Source of the DNA: Methanomassiliicoccaceae archaeon
GTDB taxonomy: Archaea > Thermoplasmatota > Thermoplasmata > Methanomassiliicoccales > Methanomassiliicoccaceae
Length of the DNA: 64,000 bases
Assembly (NCBI GenBank): GCA_040776945.1
Contig: JAXGZN010000001.1
Coordinates: 672,001 to 736,000, forward strand
Direction of reading: 5' to 3'
The translations under genes and the position numbers were made by a program. Below are positions 1-9,929 of the stretch, piece after piece (the first letter of the stretch is position 1; each line of letters opens with the position of its first letter). The notes under the pieces were generated by a model, which saw only the letters and a list, made by a program, of their open reading frames with translations, had not been told where the DNA came from and made no database searches.

Positions 1-128
1 TGAACATCGTGGTGGCCGGGCATATGGCCTCCGATTCGCTGGGCTGCAACCTGCTGGCCGACATCTTCGAGAGCAAGGGCCTGAGCATCGTCCCCTTCTC
101 GGGGTTCCACCGGGTGAGGCGCTCATGA
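1..128 (+). CDS. 3' end of NIF3-like (NGG1p-interacting factor) protein, partial
   Basis: Frame 3 reads NIVVAGHMASDSLGCNLLADIFESKG...RVRRS*; its stop overlaps the cdc6 start (ATGA). Confidence 0.55.
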   Translation, partial: NIVVAGHMASDSLGCNLLADIFESKGLSIVPFSGFHRVRRS

Positions 129-1303
129 CCTCGCAGCGCTATGACCGGGCGAGCCGCGTTCTGAAGGACCCCGCCAAGCTGTCGTTCGACTATGTGCCCG
201 AGCGCCTGGTACACCGTGACCGGCAGATGGAGCGGCTGTGGATGCTGTTCCGCCCGGTCCTGGAGTCCAGCGTCTCGCAGACCGCCTTCCTCATCGGGAA
301 CGTGGGCACCGGGAAGACCGCGACCAGCAAGCGCTTCTGCCTCGACCTGGTTAAGCAGGGACGAACGGAAGGTAAGGCCATCGACTTCATCGTGGTGAAC
401 TGCCGGCAGAGGAGCACCGAGTCCGCCGTGCTGCTCCGTCTGGTCAACTACTTCGATGAAAGGTTCCCCGACCGCGGTTTCTCCACCGCGGAGATGCTGC
501 GCACTTTGCACAAGCACCTGGAGAAGGAGAGGCTGCACCTCGTGGTCGTCCTCGATGAGGCGGACGTGCTGCTGCGCAAGGGCGCCGGGGACCTCATCTA
601 TCACCTGTCAAGGTTCGACGAGGAGAAGGTCGGCGGCCGAGCATCAATGTCGCTGATCATGATCTCGCAGAAGTACCTGCTGGACATGCTGGACCCCGCA
701 TCCCGCTCGACGTTCCGAAGAGCGAACGTCATCACCTTCGACAAGTACTCCGCGCCGGAGCTGAGAGACATCGTCGCCGACCGCGTGCAGCTTGCGTTCT
801 TCCCTGGAGCGGTGCCCGACAGCTCCATCGATCTCATCGCCGACGCATCGGCGGAGATGGGGGACGCGAGGTTCGCCATCGAGATCCTGGAGAAGGCGGG
901 CATGATGGCCGAAGAGGAGGGCAGCCCCCAGGTAACGCCGGAGAATGTGCGGGCCGCGAAGGCGCTCACCTACAACGTGGTCACCGGCACCAAGGTCGAA
1001 GAGCTGGACGTGCAAAGGAAGCTCGTCCTGCTGGCGGTCGCCCGAGCGTCCAGGGACCAAGCGTACGTGACCACTAGGGAGGTCGAGGGCGCTTACAAGA
1101 TCGCCGCCGAGGAGTATGGCGAGCGGGCCCGCGGACATACCCAGTTCTGGGCCTACCTGCAGCAGCTGGCGAACGAAGGCCTGGTAGAAACGAAGGTCAC
1201 CGGCGACCCGTCCGGCGGACGAACGACCTTCATATCTGTCCCGGACATGCCGGTGAAGGTCCTCAGGGAGATGCTGGAAAAGATGCTGGTGTCTAAAACC
1301 TAG
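125..1303 (+). CDS. cdc6: Orc1/Cdc6 replication initiator (AAA+ and winged helix)
   Basis: DYVPERLVHRD, Walker A GNVGTGKT, Walker B VVLDEAD, GDARFAI. Confidence 0.93.
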   Translation: MTSQRYDRASRVLKDPAKLSFDYVPERLVHRDRQMERLWMLFRPVLESSVSQTAFLIGNVGTGKTATSKRFCLDLVKQGRTEGKAIDFIVVNCRQRSTESAVLLRLVNYFDERFPDRGFSTAEMLRTLHKHLEKERLHLVVVLDEADVLLRKGAGDLIYHLSRFDEEKVGGRASMSLIMISQKYLLDMLDPASRSTFRRANVITFDKYSAPELRDIVADRVQLAFFPGAVPDSSIDLIADASAEMGDARFAIEILEKAGMMAEEEGSPQVTPENVRAAKALTYNVVTGTKVEELDVQRKLVLLAVARASRDQAYVTTREVEGAYKIAAEEYGERARGHTQFWAYLQQLANEGLVETKVTGDPSGGRTTFISVPDMPVKVLREMLEKMLVSKT

Positions 1304-1363
1304 ATGGTCCTAGGCGCATGCGTAGGATTTAATAGCCTACAGGCGCATTTGGTTTTTGTTCAT

Positions 1364-1729
1364 ATGCAAGGAAAGAAATGCTGCTGCCGGAAAAGGTGCG
1401 GACCGGGACGGCCCATGAAGCCGAGGAACATCGCTAAAGCTCCCGCGGCAACCCGCTTCGGCCCTTCGGGCGCCCAGCCCGCCTCCGCGCCCCTGATCAT
1501 GACGCTCGACGAGCTTGAGGCCTTGCGGCTGGTCGATTACGAAGGCCTCATGCAGGAGGAGGCGGCGGCGCGCATGGGGGTGTCGCGAGGCACGGTCTGG
1601 CGGTGCCTATCCAGCGCCCGGACCAAGACCGCCACCATGATGGTGGAGGCCAGGGGCCTCGAGATCTCCGACCTGAGCGCGGAACCGAAGGGTGGTGGGC
1701 CGCTCTCGCCACCGGAAGATATTAATTAG
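1364..1729 (+). CDS. DUF134/UPF0251 HTH protein
   Basis: GRPxKPR...DELEALRLVDYEGLMQEEAAARMGVSRGT; start placed at ATG 1364. Confidence 0.85.
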   Translation: MQGKKCCCRKRCGPGRPMKPRNIAKAPAATRFGPSGAQPASAPLIMTLDELEALRLVDYEGLMQEEAAARMGVSRGTVWRCLSSARTKTATMMVEARGLEISDLSAEPKGGGPLSPPEDIN

Positions 1730-1800
1730 TTTTGTTCATATGCACATTATACCCGCTGGCGGTTTCTTTCAAACTGCCGCGCGGGAAAGGAGATGAGCGC

Positions 1801-2124
1801 ATGAAGATGGCAATAACCTGCAACGGAGAGGGAGAGGACCAACCGATCGAGGAGCGCTTCGGGCGATGCTCCGTTTTCGCCCTCTATGATAGCGCCTCAG
1901 GAGCGTTGAGCTACGTCAACAACAAGGCAAAGGACGCCAGCAGCGGAGCCGGGGTCAAGGCGGCCCAGCAGCTGATCGACATGGGGGTTGAGCTGCTGAT
2001 AACCGGCCGGGTGGGGCCGGGAGCGAAGGAGGTCCTGGACGAGGGAGGAATAAGGGTGAAGGAGTGGACGGCGGGCACGGTGGGGGACGCGGTCCGCCGG
2101 TTCGGGGCCGCGGCCCCTTCATAG
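1801..2124 (+). CDS. NifB/NifX-family (FeMo-cofactor binding-like) protein
   Basis: MKMAIT...RFGRC...GAGVKAAQ...GPGA. Confidence 0.85.
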   Translation: MKMAITCNGEGEDQPIEERFGRCSVFALYDSASGALSYVNNKAKDASSGAGVKAAQQLIDMGVELLITGRVGPGAKEVLDEGGIRVKEWTAGTVGDAVRRFGAAAPS

Positions 2125-3030
2125 GCCCTTCAACCTTACGAGGCCTCCGGGCGGCGTTCTATCGAGGAGCGCCATAATGTTCTCCCAAGTGTCCCTGAGA
2201 GCTATCTCCGCGGGAGAGCCCGGGGCGTATACCGGAAGAGGCTGGCCATTGATGATGGCCTCGCCGACCAGCTCGTCGAAGGGCAACCTGCCAACTATCG
2301 TGATCTCCCTTCTAGCGCACTCCCTTTCGATGTCCTCGCTCTGGGCGGGGTTCAGGTCGTGCTTGTTTATGATGATCGCGCAGGGGATGCCAAAGTGGTC
2401 GGCTAGATCTACGACCCGTGAAAGGTCGTGCCCGCCGGAGACGGTCGGCTCGGTGACGATTATCGCCAGGTCCGTCCCGGTGATGCTGGAGATCACGGGG
2501 CATCCTGTGCCCGGCGGCCCGTCCACCAGCACAAGGCTGGCCCCCTGGAGCATTGCCTCCTCCCTCGCTACCGCTCTCACCCTCGCGGCCAGCTTCCCGG
2601 AGTTGGGCTCGCCCGGAAGCATGTCCGCGTCCACCACCGTGCCGTAAGGCGTGTCCCGCACGAATATGTCGCCGCTGACCGCTTCGCTGAGCTCGACGGC
2701 TCCCGAGGGGCAGACGATGTGGCATACCCCGCATCCCTCGCAGGCCATGCTGTCCACCTTCAGGTCCTTGATCGCTGAGAAACGGCAGTGCTCCTCGCAC
2801 TTCCCGCACCTGGAGCACCGGTCGGGGTCGATCCAGGCCTTCAGGCCCCCGATGAAAGGGGTTGATGACCGGACCTCTCCCTGCAGCAGAAGGGAGAGAT
2901 TGGAGGCATCCACATCACAATCGGCGATGACCTGCTTGCCAGCGTAGCAGGCGAAGCCCGCGGTCATGGTGGTCTTGCCCGTTCCCCCCTTGCCGCTGAG
3001 GACCACGACCTGACGGAGAGGCATGCTCAT
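2119..3030 (-). CDS. MinD-superfamily P-loop ATPase with 2x[4Fe-4S] ferredoxin insert
   Basis: SGKGGTGKTT, DCDVD, CxxCxxCxxxC twice, DGPPGTGCP. Confidence 0.9.
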   Translation of the reverse strand: MSMPLRQVVVLSGKGGTGKTTMTAGFACYAGKQVIADCDVDASNLSLLLQGEVRSSTPFIGGLKAWIDPDRCSRCGKCEEHCRFSAIKDLKVDSMACEGCGVCHIVCPSGAVELSEAVSGDIFVRDTPYGTVVDADMLPGEPNSGKLAARVRAVAREEAMLQGASLVLVDGPPGTGCPVISSITGTDLAIIVTEPTVSGGHDLSRVVDLADHFGIPCAIIINKHDLNPAQSEDIERECARREITIVGRLPFDELVGEAIINGQPLPVYAPGSPAEIALRDTWENIMALLDRTPPGGLVRLKGL

Positions 3031-3857
3031 GCCCTCACCTCCTCAAAGAGCTGGACCATGCTTTCCCGGAACCCTGGGTAGTTGTCCACCAGCACCTCCC
3101 CCCGCGAGTACAGCTCGGCGATCCGCCGATCGAACGGTATTCGCAGCAGCACTGGAATGCCGGACCTCTCGCAGAACTCCTCCAGCGGCCTGTAGGGGCC
3201 GCGGTCCCGATTGATGATTATGGCCGCGGGGATCCCCATCCTATCGAGGACTTTGGTCATTATCTTCAGGTCGTGCAGCCCGAAGGGGGTCGGTTCGGTC
3301 ACCATAAGGCACCGGTCGCACCCCTGCACGGCCTCCACCACCGGGCAGGAGGTGCCCGGGGGGCAATCGATGATAGTATGATCTCGCCCTCCGGCCAAGG
3401 CCTTGAGCTCTCGGATAATTGGCACGCTCAGCGCCTGGCCCACATCGAGCTCGCCTGAGGCAAAGGCCATCTCGCCGGCAAAGCCCTCGCTGACGGCCCC
3501 GACCCTCCGGGACTCCAGGACCAGCGCCCCGGTAGGGCATACCAGCTGGCATCCGCCGCATCCATGGCAGAGGTTGGGGATCACCTTGATCCGGTTCTTG
3601 ACCTTCACCAGGGCGCTGAAGCGGCAGGCATCTGCGCATTTGCCGCAGCCGTTGCATCGATCTATATCTATCCGGGGCGAAAGCACCCCTACCGGCCGAA
3701 CGCTGTTGATCTGAGGCCGGAGGAATATATGCGCGTTGGCCCCTTCCACATCGCAGTCCAGGAACTGGACATCTTCCTCTATGGCCAAAGCCAGGTTGAC
3801 CGCCACGGTAGTCTTGCCAGTACCTCCCTTGCCACTTGCCACCGCTATCCACAACAC
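3027..3857 (-). CDS. MinD-superfamily P-loop ATPase with 2x[4Fe-4S] ferredoxin insert (paralog)
   Basis: SGKGGTGKTT, DCDVE, two ferredoxin motifs, DCPPGTSCP. Confidence 0.9.
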   Translation of the reverse strand: MLWIAVASGKGGTGKTTVAVNLALAIEEDVQFLDCDVEGANAHIFLRPQINSVRPVGVLSPRIDIDRCNGCGKCADACRFSALVKVKNRIKVIPNLCHGCGGCQLVCPTGALVLESRRVGAVSEGFAGEMAFASGELDVGQALSVPIIRELKALAGGRDHTIIDCPPGTSCPVVEAVQGCDRCLMVTEPTPFGLHDLKIMTKVLDRMGIPAAIIINRDRGPYRPLEEFCERSGIPVLLRIPFDRRIAELYSRGEVLVDNYPGFRESMVQLFEEVRA

Positions 3858-3866
3858 ATCACCTGC

Positions 3867-4229
3867 CTAGTGGTGGCCGTGCTCCTGGCACGCGTTGTTC
3901 AGGCTGGCCGCTTCCAGCTCTCCTCTCTGCCACGCCTCGAGGGCGTCTCTTACCGTCCCACGGGCGCCGACGTAAACCTCGATGTTGAGCGACGCGAGCA
4001 TGTCCACTGCCTTGGGGCCCAGGTTGGAGCATGCCACCACGTTCACGCCGTTCTTTGCCAGCAGCTCCGGCGGGAACCCTACCCCTCCCAGATGCTCGCT
4101 GGTGTTCTTGATCGTGACCGCGGTCTTGCTCTCCGTGTCGTAGATCACATATCCGGGAGATTTGCCGAAGTGTCCGCCGACGATCTCGTCCAATCCCTTG
4201 TCGCCCATCACTGGTACCGATACTTTCAT
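3867..4229 (-). CDS. NifB/NifX-family protein
   Basis: MKVSVP...HFGKSP...GPKA, His-rich C-terminus. Confidence 0.85.
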   Translation of the reverse strand: MKVSVPVMGDKGLDEIVGGHFGKSPGYVIYDTESKTAVTIKNTSEHLGGVGFPPELLAKNGVNVVACSNLGPKAVDMLASLNIEVYVGARGTVRDALEAWQRGELEAASLNNACQEHGHH

Positions 4230-4511
4230 CCTGTTCACCTGCTGTATTGTTGCCTCGCCCGATGGCGAGTTAACACCTTGAATATTGTGCATAAGCTTAA
4301 AATTATCCCCTGCTCCTTCCGCTCGCAACGTAACATTTCCGAGCGGGAGCGCGCCTTTCCTGCCGGCGGCCAAGGGCCGGAGGAACAAGGCGCGTGGTCC
4401 AATATTTGAGTTTTTAAAAAAGTATTTCACCTCATACTTAATCAATCTCTTGTCCCGTCGGCCCGTTCATGCCGATGGGGAACGCATCTTGACCATCTGC
4501 GGGGTGAGGGC

Positions 4512-5429
4512 ATGGCGCTGGAAGAGGAGCATGTTGTGAAAAGGGGGAACGCGGGACCATCGCCCTTGGCCCCTGAGGATGCCATCGACGACGCCATCTC
4601 GAGGAACGTGGTCCACTTCGACCTCACCGCTTCCCGGGCCAGGAGATGGACCTATCTTGCCCTGATCGGGCTGGTCGGCGTCGCCATCACCGTCCTGGCA
4701 TGGCAGGCTGTGTCGATGTTGGTGTACGAGATGAAAGGCATCGTGTACCCCTCGCCCTTGGACACCGTGATGAGGCTCGGGGACCTCATTGCGGGAGCGA
4801 GGCTGTACGACCACACCATCGCCGAGCACATGTTCAGCAGCCTGGCCCGGTGGGGCATCGGGTACCTGCTGGCGGCGGCCTCGGGCATCGTCATGGGCAT
4901 GCTCATGGGCTCGAGCGCGGTGATCAACGGCATAGGCATGACCCCCATGACCGTGCTGCAGCTCATCCCCGGCCTGGCGTGGATACCGATCGCCCTGCTG
5001 TTGTTCGGTCTGGGCGAGACCGCGACGATCTTCATGATATACATGACCGTGCTGCCGGCGGTGGCCATCAGCACCGCCTCCGGGATAAGGGAGGCGCCCC
5101 CCGTCTATCGCCGGGCGGCCAGCATCCTGGGGACCTCCAGAACGGGCATGTTCTTCCGAGTGCTCCTGCCGGCCGGATCGCTGCAGATGCTCAACGGCCT
5201 TCGCATCGGCCTGGCCAATGGCTGGAGGGTGCTCATCGCCGCGGAGATGATCGTAGGCGTGGGCCTCGGCCTCGGCTACGTTCTGGTGCAGTCCCGGTGG
5301 ACCTTGGACTTCGAGGCGGCCTTCGTCTCCATCCTGGTCATCTGCGGCATCGGCCTGTTCATCGAGAAGATCCTTTTCAGCGTGGCCGAGAGGCGGTTGC
5401 GCGACCGCCTGGGCCTGGAGGTCGATTGA
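4512..5429 (+). CDS. ABC transporter permease (SsuC/TauC/NitT type)
   Basis: Multiple TM segments; GLRIGLANGWRVLIAAEM. Confidence 0.88.
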   Translation: MALEEEHVVKRGNAGPSPLAPEDAIDDAISRNVVHFDLTASRARRWTYLALIGLVGVAITVLAWQAVSMLVYEMKGIVYPSPLDTVMRLGDLIAGARLYDHTIAEHMFSSLARWGIGYLLAAASGIVMGMLMGSSAVINGIGMTPMTVLQLIPGLAWIPIALLLFGLGETATIFMIYMTVLPAVAISTASGIREAPPVYRRAASILGTSRTGMFFRVLLPAGSLQMLNGLRIGLANGWRVLIAAEMIVGVGLGLGYVLVQSRWTLDFEAAFVSILVICGIGLFIEKILFSVAERRLRDRLGLEVD

Positions 5430-5430
5430 G

Positions 5431-6249
5431 GTGCTTCGGTTCGACAACGTCTCCAAGGCCTTCGTGGACGAGGAGAGCGGACGGGGGCTCCTGGCCCTCA
5501 GGAACGTGGACCTGTCCATCGAGGAGGGGGAGTTCATCTGCATCATCGGCCCGTCCGGCTGCGGCAAGTCGACGCTGCTGAACCTGGCGGCCGGGTTCGA
5601 GCGGCCGTCGCGAGGACGGGTCACCCTGGACGGCAAGGAGGTAGCCGGCCCGCATCCCCGCATCGGAATGGTGTTCCAGGAGCAGAGCCTGTTCCCCTGG
5701 TTGTCCGTCCTGGACAATGTGGCCTTCGGGCTGCGGAACGCAGGGATGCCGAGGGCCGAGGCAAGGTCGCGGGCCAGGGATATGCTGGAGATGGTCGACC
5801 TGGCGAGGTTCGAGCGCACGCGCCCCAGCGCCCTGTCCGGCGGCATGCGGCAGAAGGTGGCGATCGCGCGGACGCTGGTCCTTGAGCCGGAGGTGCTCCT
5901 GCTGGACGAGCCGTTCGGGGCCCTGGACGAGCAGGGCCGCAAGCACATGGACCTTGAGCTGCTCAAGCTGTGGGAGGGCGGCGGACGAACGTTCCTGTTC
6001 ATCACCCACAACATCGAGGAAGCGATCGTGCTGGGCAGCCGCATCGTGCTCATGGGGACGAACCCTGGGCACGTGAAACGCGAGTGGCGCGTCGACCTTC
6101 CGAGACCGCGGGACCTGTTCCGCGAGGACACCGTGCGATTGAGAAAGGAGATATCTCGCTCCCTGCAGGACGTGCTGGCGGAGTGCGGGTGCAAGCGGAC
6201 GGAGCTGCTGGCACCGATCGAGATCAAGGACATGGAGATAAGAACATGA
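5431..6249 (+). CDS. ABC transporter ATP-binding protein (SsuB/TauB type)
   Basis: GPSGCGKST, LSGGMRQ, LLLDEPFGALD. Confidence 0.93.
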   Translation: MLRFDNVSKAFVDEESGRGLLALRNVDLSIEEGEFICIIGPSGCGKSTLLNLAAGFERPSRGRVTLDGKEVAGPHPRIGMVFQEQSLFPWLSVLDNVAFGLRNAGMPRAEARSRARDMLEMVDLARFERTRPSALSGGMRQKVAIARTLVLEPEVLLLDEPFGALDEQGRKHMDLELLKLWEGGGRTFLFITHNIEEAIVLGSRIVLMGTNPGHVKREWRVDLPRPRDLFREDTVRLRKEISRSLQDVLAECGCKRTELLAPIEIKDMEIRT

Positions 6250-7226
6250 AAATTGGAAAAGTGGCGTTGGTAGCGGCGGTCGTTGTCGTCCTGATAGCTG
6301 CCGCGGCGGGGGCCGTGCTCGTCATGAGCGCCCCTGTGGAGAAGAAGGACATGGAACTGAGGCTCACCTACTCGAACAAGATCGACTACGAGCCGCTGAT
6401 CATCGCCCAGGAGAAGGGCTTCTTCAAGGACGAGGGGCTGAACGTGACCGCGCTCGTCGTCAGCGGGGGAATCCAGTCCGCGGAGGCCCTGGCCACCGGC
6501 TCCGCGGACATGGGGGCCATGGGCGACGCGCCGGCGGTGACGCTGATGGCCAAGAACATGGGCGCCAAGATGGTCGCCAGGTACGGCGACGGCGAGGGGC
6601 AACACCGGCTGGTGGGATGGACAGACATCGGCAGCGTGAGCGATCTCGCGGGGAAGAAGGTGGGAGTGCAGTTCGGCTCCAGCAGCCAGGGCGCGTTCCT
6701 CCGCCTGCTGGAAGCGAACGGAATCAGCGCCGGTGACGTCACCCAGGTGCCCTTGAGCCCGGCGGACATGCCCAATGCAGTGAAGACGAGGCAGGTGGAC
6801 GCGATCATCGGCAGCGAGCCATGGCCGACCAACGTGGAGAACGCCAACGGCGCGGACGTTCACGAGATCGCCAACTCCAGCGGCCTGGGCAGCACCTACC
6901 CGCTGGCGCTGATGGTCACTCAGAAGCTCATCGACGAGAGGCCGGAGGCGGTGACCGCGGCCCTGAAGGCCATCGACCGGGCCATCAAGTACATGGAGAC
7001 CGACCGCGATGCGGCCATCACCCTGTGCGCCTCGAAGATCGGAATATCGGCCGAGGACGAGAAAAAGTGCCTGACCACCGTGAGCTACGATCTGGGGCTC
7101 AACGAGACGGACATCATCAGCCTGCGCTCGGTGGGCGAGTTCCTGGCGTCCAGCGGCAAGATCGCCGCCCTGCCGGACATCGAGGCCTCCATCGACCGCA
7201 CCTACCTGGACGCGGTGAAGGACTGA
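6246..7226 (+). CDS. ABC transporter substrate-binding protein (SsuA/TauA/NMT1 type)
   Basis: N-terminal anchor; AQEKGFFKDEGL, DLAGKKVGV. Confidence 0.87.
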   Translation: MKIGKVALVAAVVVVLIAAAAGAVLVMSAPVEKKDMELRLTYSNKIDYEPLIIAQEKGFFKDEGLNVTALVVSGGIQSAEALATGSADMGAMGDAPAVTLMAKNMGAKMVARYGDGEGQHRLVGWTDIGSVSDLAGKKVGVQFGSSSQGAFLRLLEANGISAGDVTQVPLSPADMPNAVKTRQVDAIIGSEPWPTNVENANGADVHEIANSSGLGSTYPLALMVTQKLIDERPEAVTAALKAIDRAIKYMETDRDAAITLCASKIGISAEDEKKCLTTVSYDLGLNETDIISLRSVGEFLASSGKIAALPDIEASIDRTYLDAVKD

Positions 7227-7237
7227 GCTCCGGAGGG

Positions 7238-8308
7238 ATGCCGATGAGACCGCGGGAGAGGATGGAGGCGGCGCTGCGAGGGGGAGCGCCGGACCGCGTC
7301 CCGGTGTTCCTGCGCGACCTCACCCTGGGCCTCGATGTCATCGGCGTCCCCACCCCGGAGGTGTGCTCTGGCAAGTTCAACGCCGAGCTGTCATCCAGGG
7401 CGGTGGTGGCAACGCAGCGAGCGCTCGGCCACGACGCGGTGGTCGGCAGCATCCAGTTCTGCGGGCTGGAGACCGAGATGCTGGGCGGCGAGCTGCATTT
7501 TCCAGAGCGGACGATACCGACGATCCTACACCCGCCGTTCGCTTCCCCCGAGGACGTGGACCGTGCCGAGCTGCCCGACCCCCTGAGGGACGAGCCGCTC
7601 TCGAACGTCGTGAAAGCGTACGAGCTCACCTCCTCGAGCGTCGGCGATGAAGTGGCCATTCTGGGCAACATCGAGGGTGCGGTGACCAAGGCGGGGATGC
7701 TCCGCGGGCTCGAGGCCCTGCTCATGGACCTGCTGACCGACCGCGGGTTGGCGGAGCGGACGATCGAGTTCGCCGCCCGCATGGGCGAGGATCTCGCTGA
7801 CGCGCTCGCATCACATGGTGTGAACAGCGCGCTGTTCGTCGCCGCCGCTTCCGACAACCCGGACATAATAGGCCCGGATGATTTTCGAAGGTACTCGCTT
7901 CCCGGGCTGAGGCGAGTGGTGGACGTCGTCAACGCTAACGGGCTGCCGACGGTGTTCCATCCCCATGGCATCTTCACCGAGCCGATGTTCTCGCCCCTGG
8001 TGTCGGAATCGATCGCGCAGGGCATCGCCGGCTTCCAGTTCGCCGAGCGCAACGACCTCGCGTTCGCGAAGCGGGAGTGGGGGAATGTGACATGCATACT
8101 GGGTGGAGTGGACGCGTTCACCACGCTGCTCCTCGGCCCGGAGGAGCGCATAATCAGGGAGACGGAGGACTGCCTTCGATCGTGCGGACCGTCTGGCTAT
8201 GTCATGATGTGCTCCTGCTCGCTGCACCGCGGCATGCCCCTTGGGAACGTCAAAGCGATGGTCGACGCCTGCCGCCGGTGGGACCCCGACCGCTTGAGAT
8301 CACCTTGA
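7238..8308 (+). CDS. Uroporphyrinogen decarboxylase / MtaA-CmuA methyltransferase family protein
   Basis: MRPRERM...PDRVPV start; ILGGVD; C-terminal CSCSL; RBS GGAGG. Confidence 0.75.
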   Translation: MPMRPRERMEAALRGGAPDRVPVFLRDLTLGLDVIGVPTPEVCSGKFNAELSSRAVVATQRALGHDAVVGSIQFCGLETEMLGGELHFPERTIPTILHPPFASPEDVDRAELPDPLRDEPLSNVVKAYELTSSSVGDEVAILGNIEGAVTKAGMLRGLEALLMDLLTDRGLAERTIEFAARMGEDLADALASHGVNSALFVAAASDNPDIIGPDDFRRYSLPGLRRVVDVVNANGLPTVFHPHGIFTEPMFSPLVSESIAQGIAGFQFAERNDLAFAKREWGNVTCILGGVDAFTTLLLGPEERIIRETEDCLRSCGPSGYVMMCSCSLHRGMPLGNVKAMVDACRRWDPDRLRSP

Positions 8309-8338
8309 GCTCGGAGCTCGCTTCTCCTCTCATTGGAC

Positions 8339-9718
8339 TCAGCAGAACCAATGGGCGCGAGGCTCGCAGGAGCGGTGGGCGACGATGGTCTTCTTCTTAG
8401 TGAACATCTGCAGCCTGCTCATCGACGAGGGGATGCCGCTCTGCTTCCACCCCTGGAAGTACTCGCCGCCGGGCAGCGTGCGGACGCACTCGTTGATCCA
8501 AACGTTGCCGACCTCGAGACGATTAGCGACGTCGAGGCCATCCTTAGGGTCTGATGTCCACACTGTCGCCCCCAGCCCGTACCTCGTGTTGTTGGCCAGG
8601 GCGATCGCTTCCTCATCATCGCGGACGGCGCGCACCGGGCACACCGGCCCGAAGGTCTCCTTTCGCACGAACTCGAGAGCGTCGTCCGTGTGCCGGAGCA
8701 CGGTCGGAGGGTAATAGAACCCAGGACCTTCAGGGATCTCGCCCCCGAACAGCAGCTCTGCGCCACGATCGACGGCATCCCGGACGACGCGGTGCACCTC
8801 ATCTCGGGCTTCCCCGCGTATCAGCGGGCCGACGTCCTCATCGAGGCTCAGGCGCCCGGCGATGCTGACCAGGCGACCCAGCAGCTCGTCGGTCACGGCC
8901 TCGTGCGCGTACACCCGCTTTATGCGCACGCACACCTGCCCCCCGCGGCTGAAGGTGCCGTAGGCGATGCCCCTGGCCGCCTGCTCGATGTCGGCGTCCT
9001 GGCGCACGATGCTGGCGTCGTTGCCCGAGAGCTCGAGGATCAGGGGCTTGATGCCGGCGTTCCTCGAGATGTCCAACCCGGTCTCGATTCCTCCGGTGAA
9101 GACGATGGCGTCGAGGTCGGAGGTGACCATCAGCTTCCCGATGTCCGCTCCCCCGACCACCGGGACGTAGAGGTCCTTGGGATAACCGGCCTCGCAGACC
9201 AGCTCGGCGATCTTCAGCCCGGACAGCGTGGACAGCTCCGACGGCTTGAACACCACGGCGTTGCCGGCGAGCAGCGCCGGAATGGCGGTGATCATCGTCT
9301 GCCAGAAGGGGAAGTTCCAAACTCCGATGTGGCCGATGACGCCGTGCGGGAGGAACGATATCGTCGCGTCGGTGGACGTCCATGATGAAGGAAGAGGATA
9401 CGGGCGGTCTCCCGTGGCCAGGTGCTCCTCGATGTAGTGATCGATCCCCGAGAGGGCGCTGTTGTACGCCCCAATCAGCGCCTTCTTTGGTATGCCGACC
9501 TCCTCGTGCATGAGGCCCACGACCTCATCGCGGCGGCGGAGGCAGACCGCTTCCAGGTCCTTGATCAGCGTGGCACGATCCTCCCGTGAGGTGCCGCGGT
9601 ACCACTCCTTCTGGCAACGCCTCGCCCGGGCCAGGGCGTCGCGGAGCTCGGCCGGTGTGGACGATGCGATCTCTCTTATTATCTGCCCCGTGCGGGGGTT
9701 GACGGAACGGACGACCAC
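8339..9718 (-). CDS. Aldehyde dehydrogenase family protein
   Basis: WNFP, GNAVVFKPSE, FTGG, LELSG, GQVC, ETFGPV. Confidence 0.92.
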   Translation of the reverse strand: MVVRSVNPRTGQIIREIASSTPAELRDALARARRCQKEWYRGTSREDRATLIKDLEAVCLRRRDEVVGLMHEEVGIPKKALIGAYNSALSGIDHYIEEHLATGDRPYPLPSSWTSTDATISFLPHGVIGHIGVWNFPFWQTMITAIPALLAGNAVVFKPSELSTLSGLKIAELVCEAGYPKDLYVPVVGGADIGKLMVTSDLDAIVFTGGIETGLDISRNAGIKPLILELSGNDASIVRQDADIEQAARGIAYGTFSRGGQVCVRIKRVYAHEAVTDELLGRLVSIAGRLSLDEDVGPLIRGEARDEVHRVVRDAVDRGAELLFGGEIPEGPGFYYPPTVLRHTDDALEFVRKETFGPVCPVRAVRDDEEAIALANNTRYGLGATVWTSDPKDGLDVANRLEVGNVWINECVRTLPGGEYFQGWKQSGIPSSMSRLQMFTKKKTIVAHRSCEPRAHWFC

Positions 9719-9803
9719 GAAGCTCTAATCCCGTGGCCGGTATTGATGCTTTGTCCGCCGGAGTCGAGCGATAGTCTCGAATCTATTCCGTTGAAGCTCT
9801 AGA

Positions 9804-9923
9804 TCACAACTCCACGACCTCCGCGCGCTTGCGGTCGATGAACCGCTTCCGCGTGCCGTTGCCGGAGCCCTTGTGAACGACCTTGACGCCCCAGGCTTTC
9901 TGCATGGTCTCCACCGACGCCAT
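9804..9923 (-). pseudogene. 3' remnant of family-A partner (putative immunity) gene
   Basis: MASVETMQKAWGVKVVHKGSGNGTRKRFIDRK aligns by eye with EAIREHWMVPVLDKGIGIGRMTKYMDGK at the C-terminus of 15039..15665. Confidence 0.55.
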
Positions 9924-9929
9924 GATCAA

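Noticed and set aside
1301-1366. cdc6 ends in TAG and the frame stays open into DUF134 (possible Pyl readthrough fusion)
   Set aside because: Cdc6 is already complete, and the spacer contains a TATA-like box and operator, so it behaves as a promoter region.
1-4500. Replication origin next to cdc6
   Set aside because: cdc6 overlaps its upstream gene; I saw no repeated ORB-like boxes or sizeable AT-rich unwinding element.
4467-6863. Long antisense ORFs (also 17206..18819, 30105..31799, 45195..46931, 55778..58156)
   Set aside because: Shadow ORFs opposite well-supported genes in high-GC DNA.
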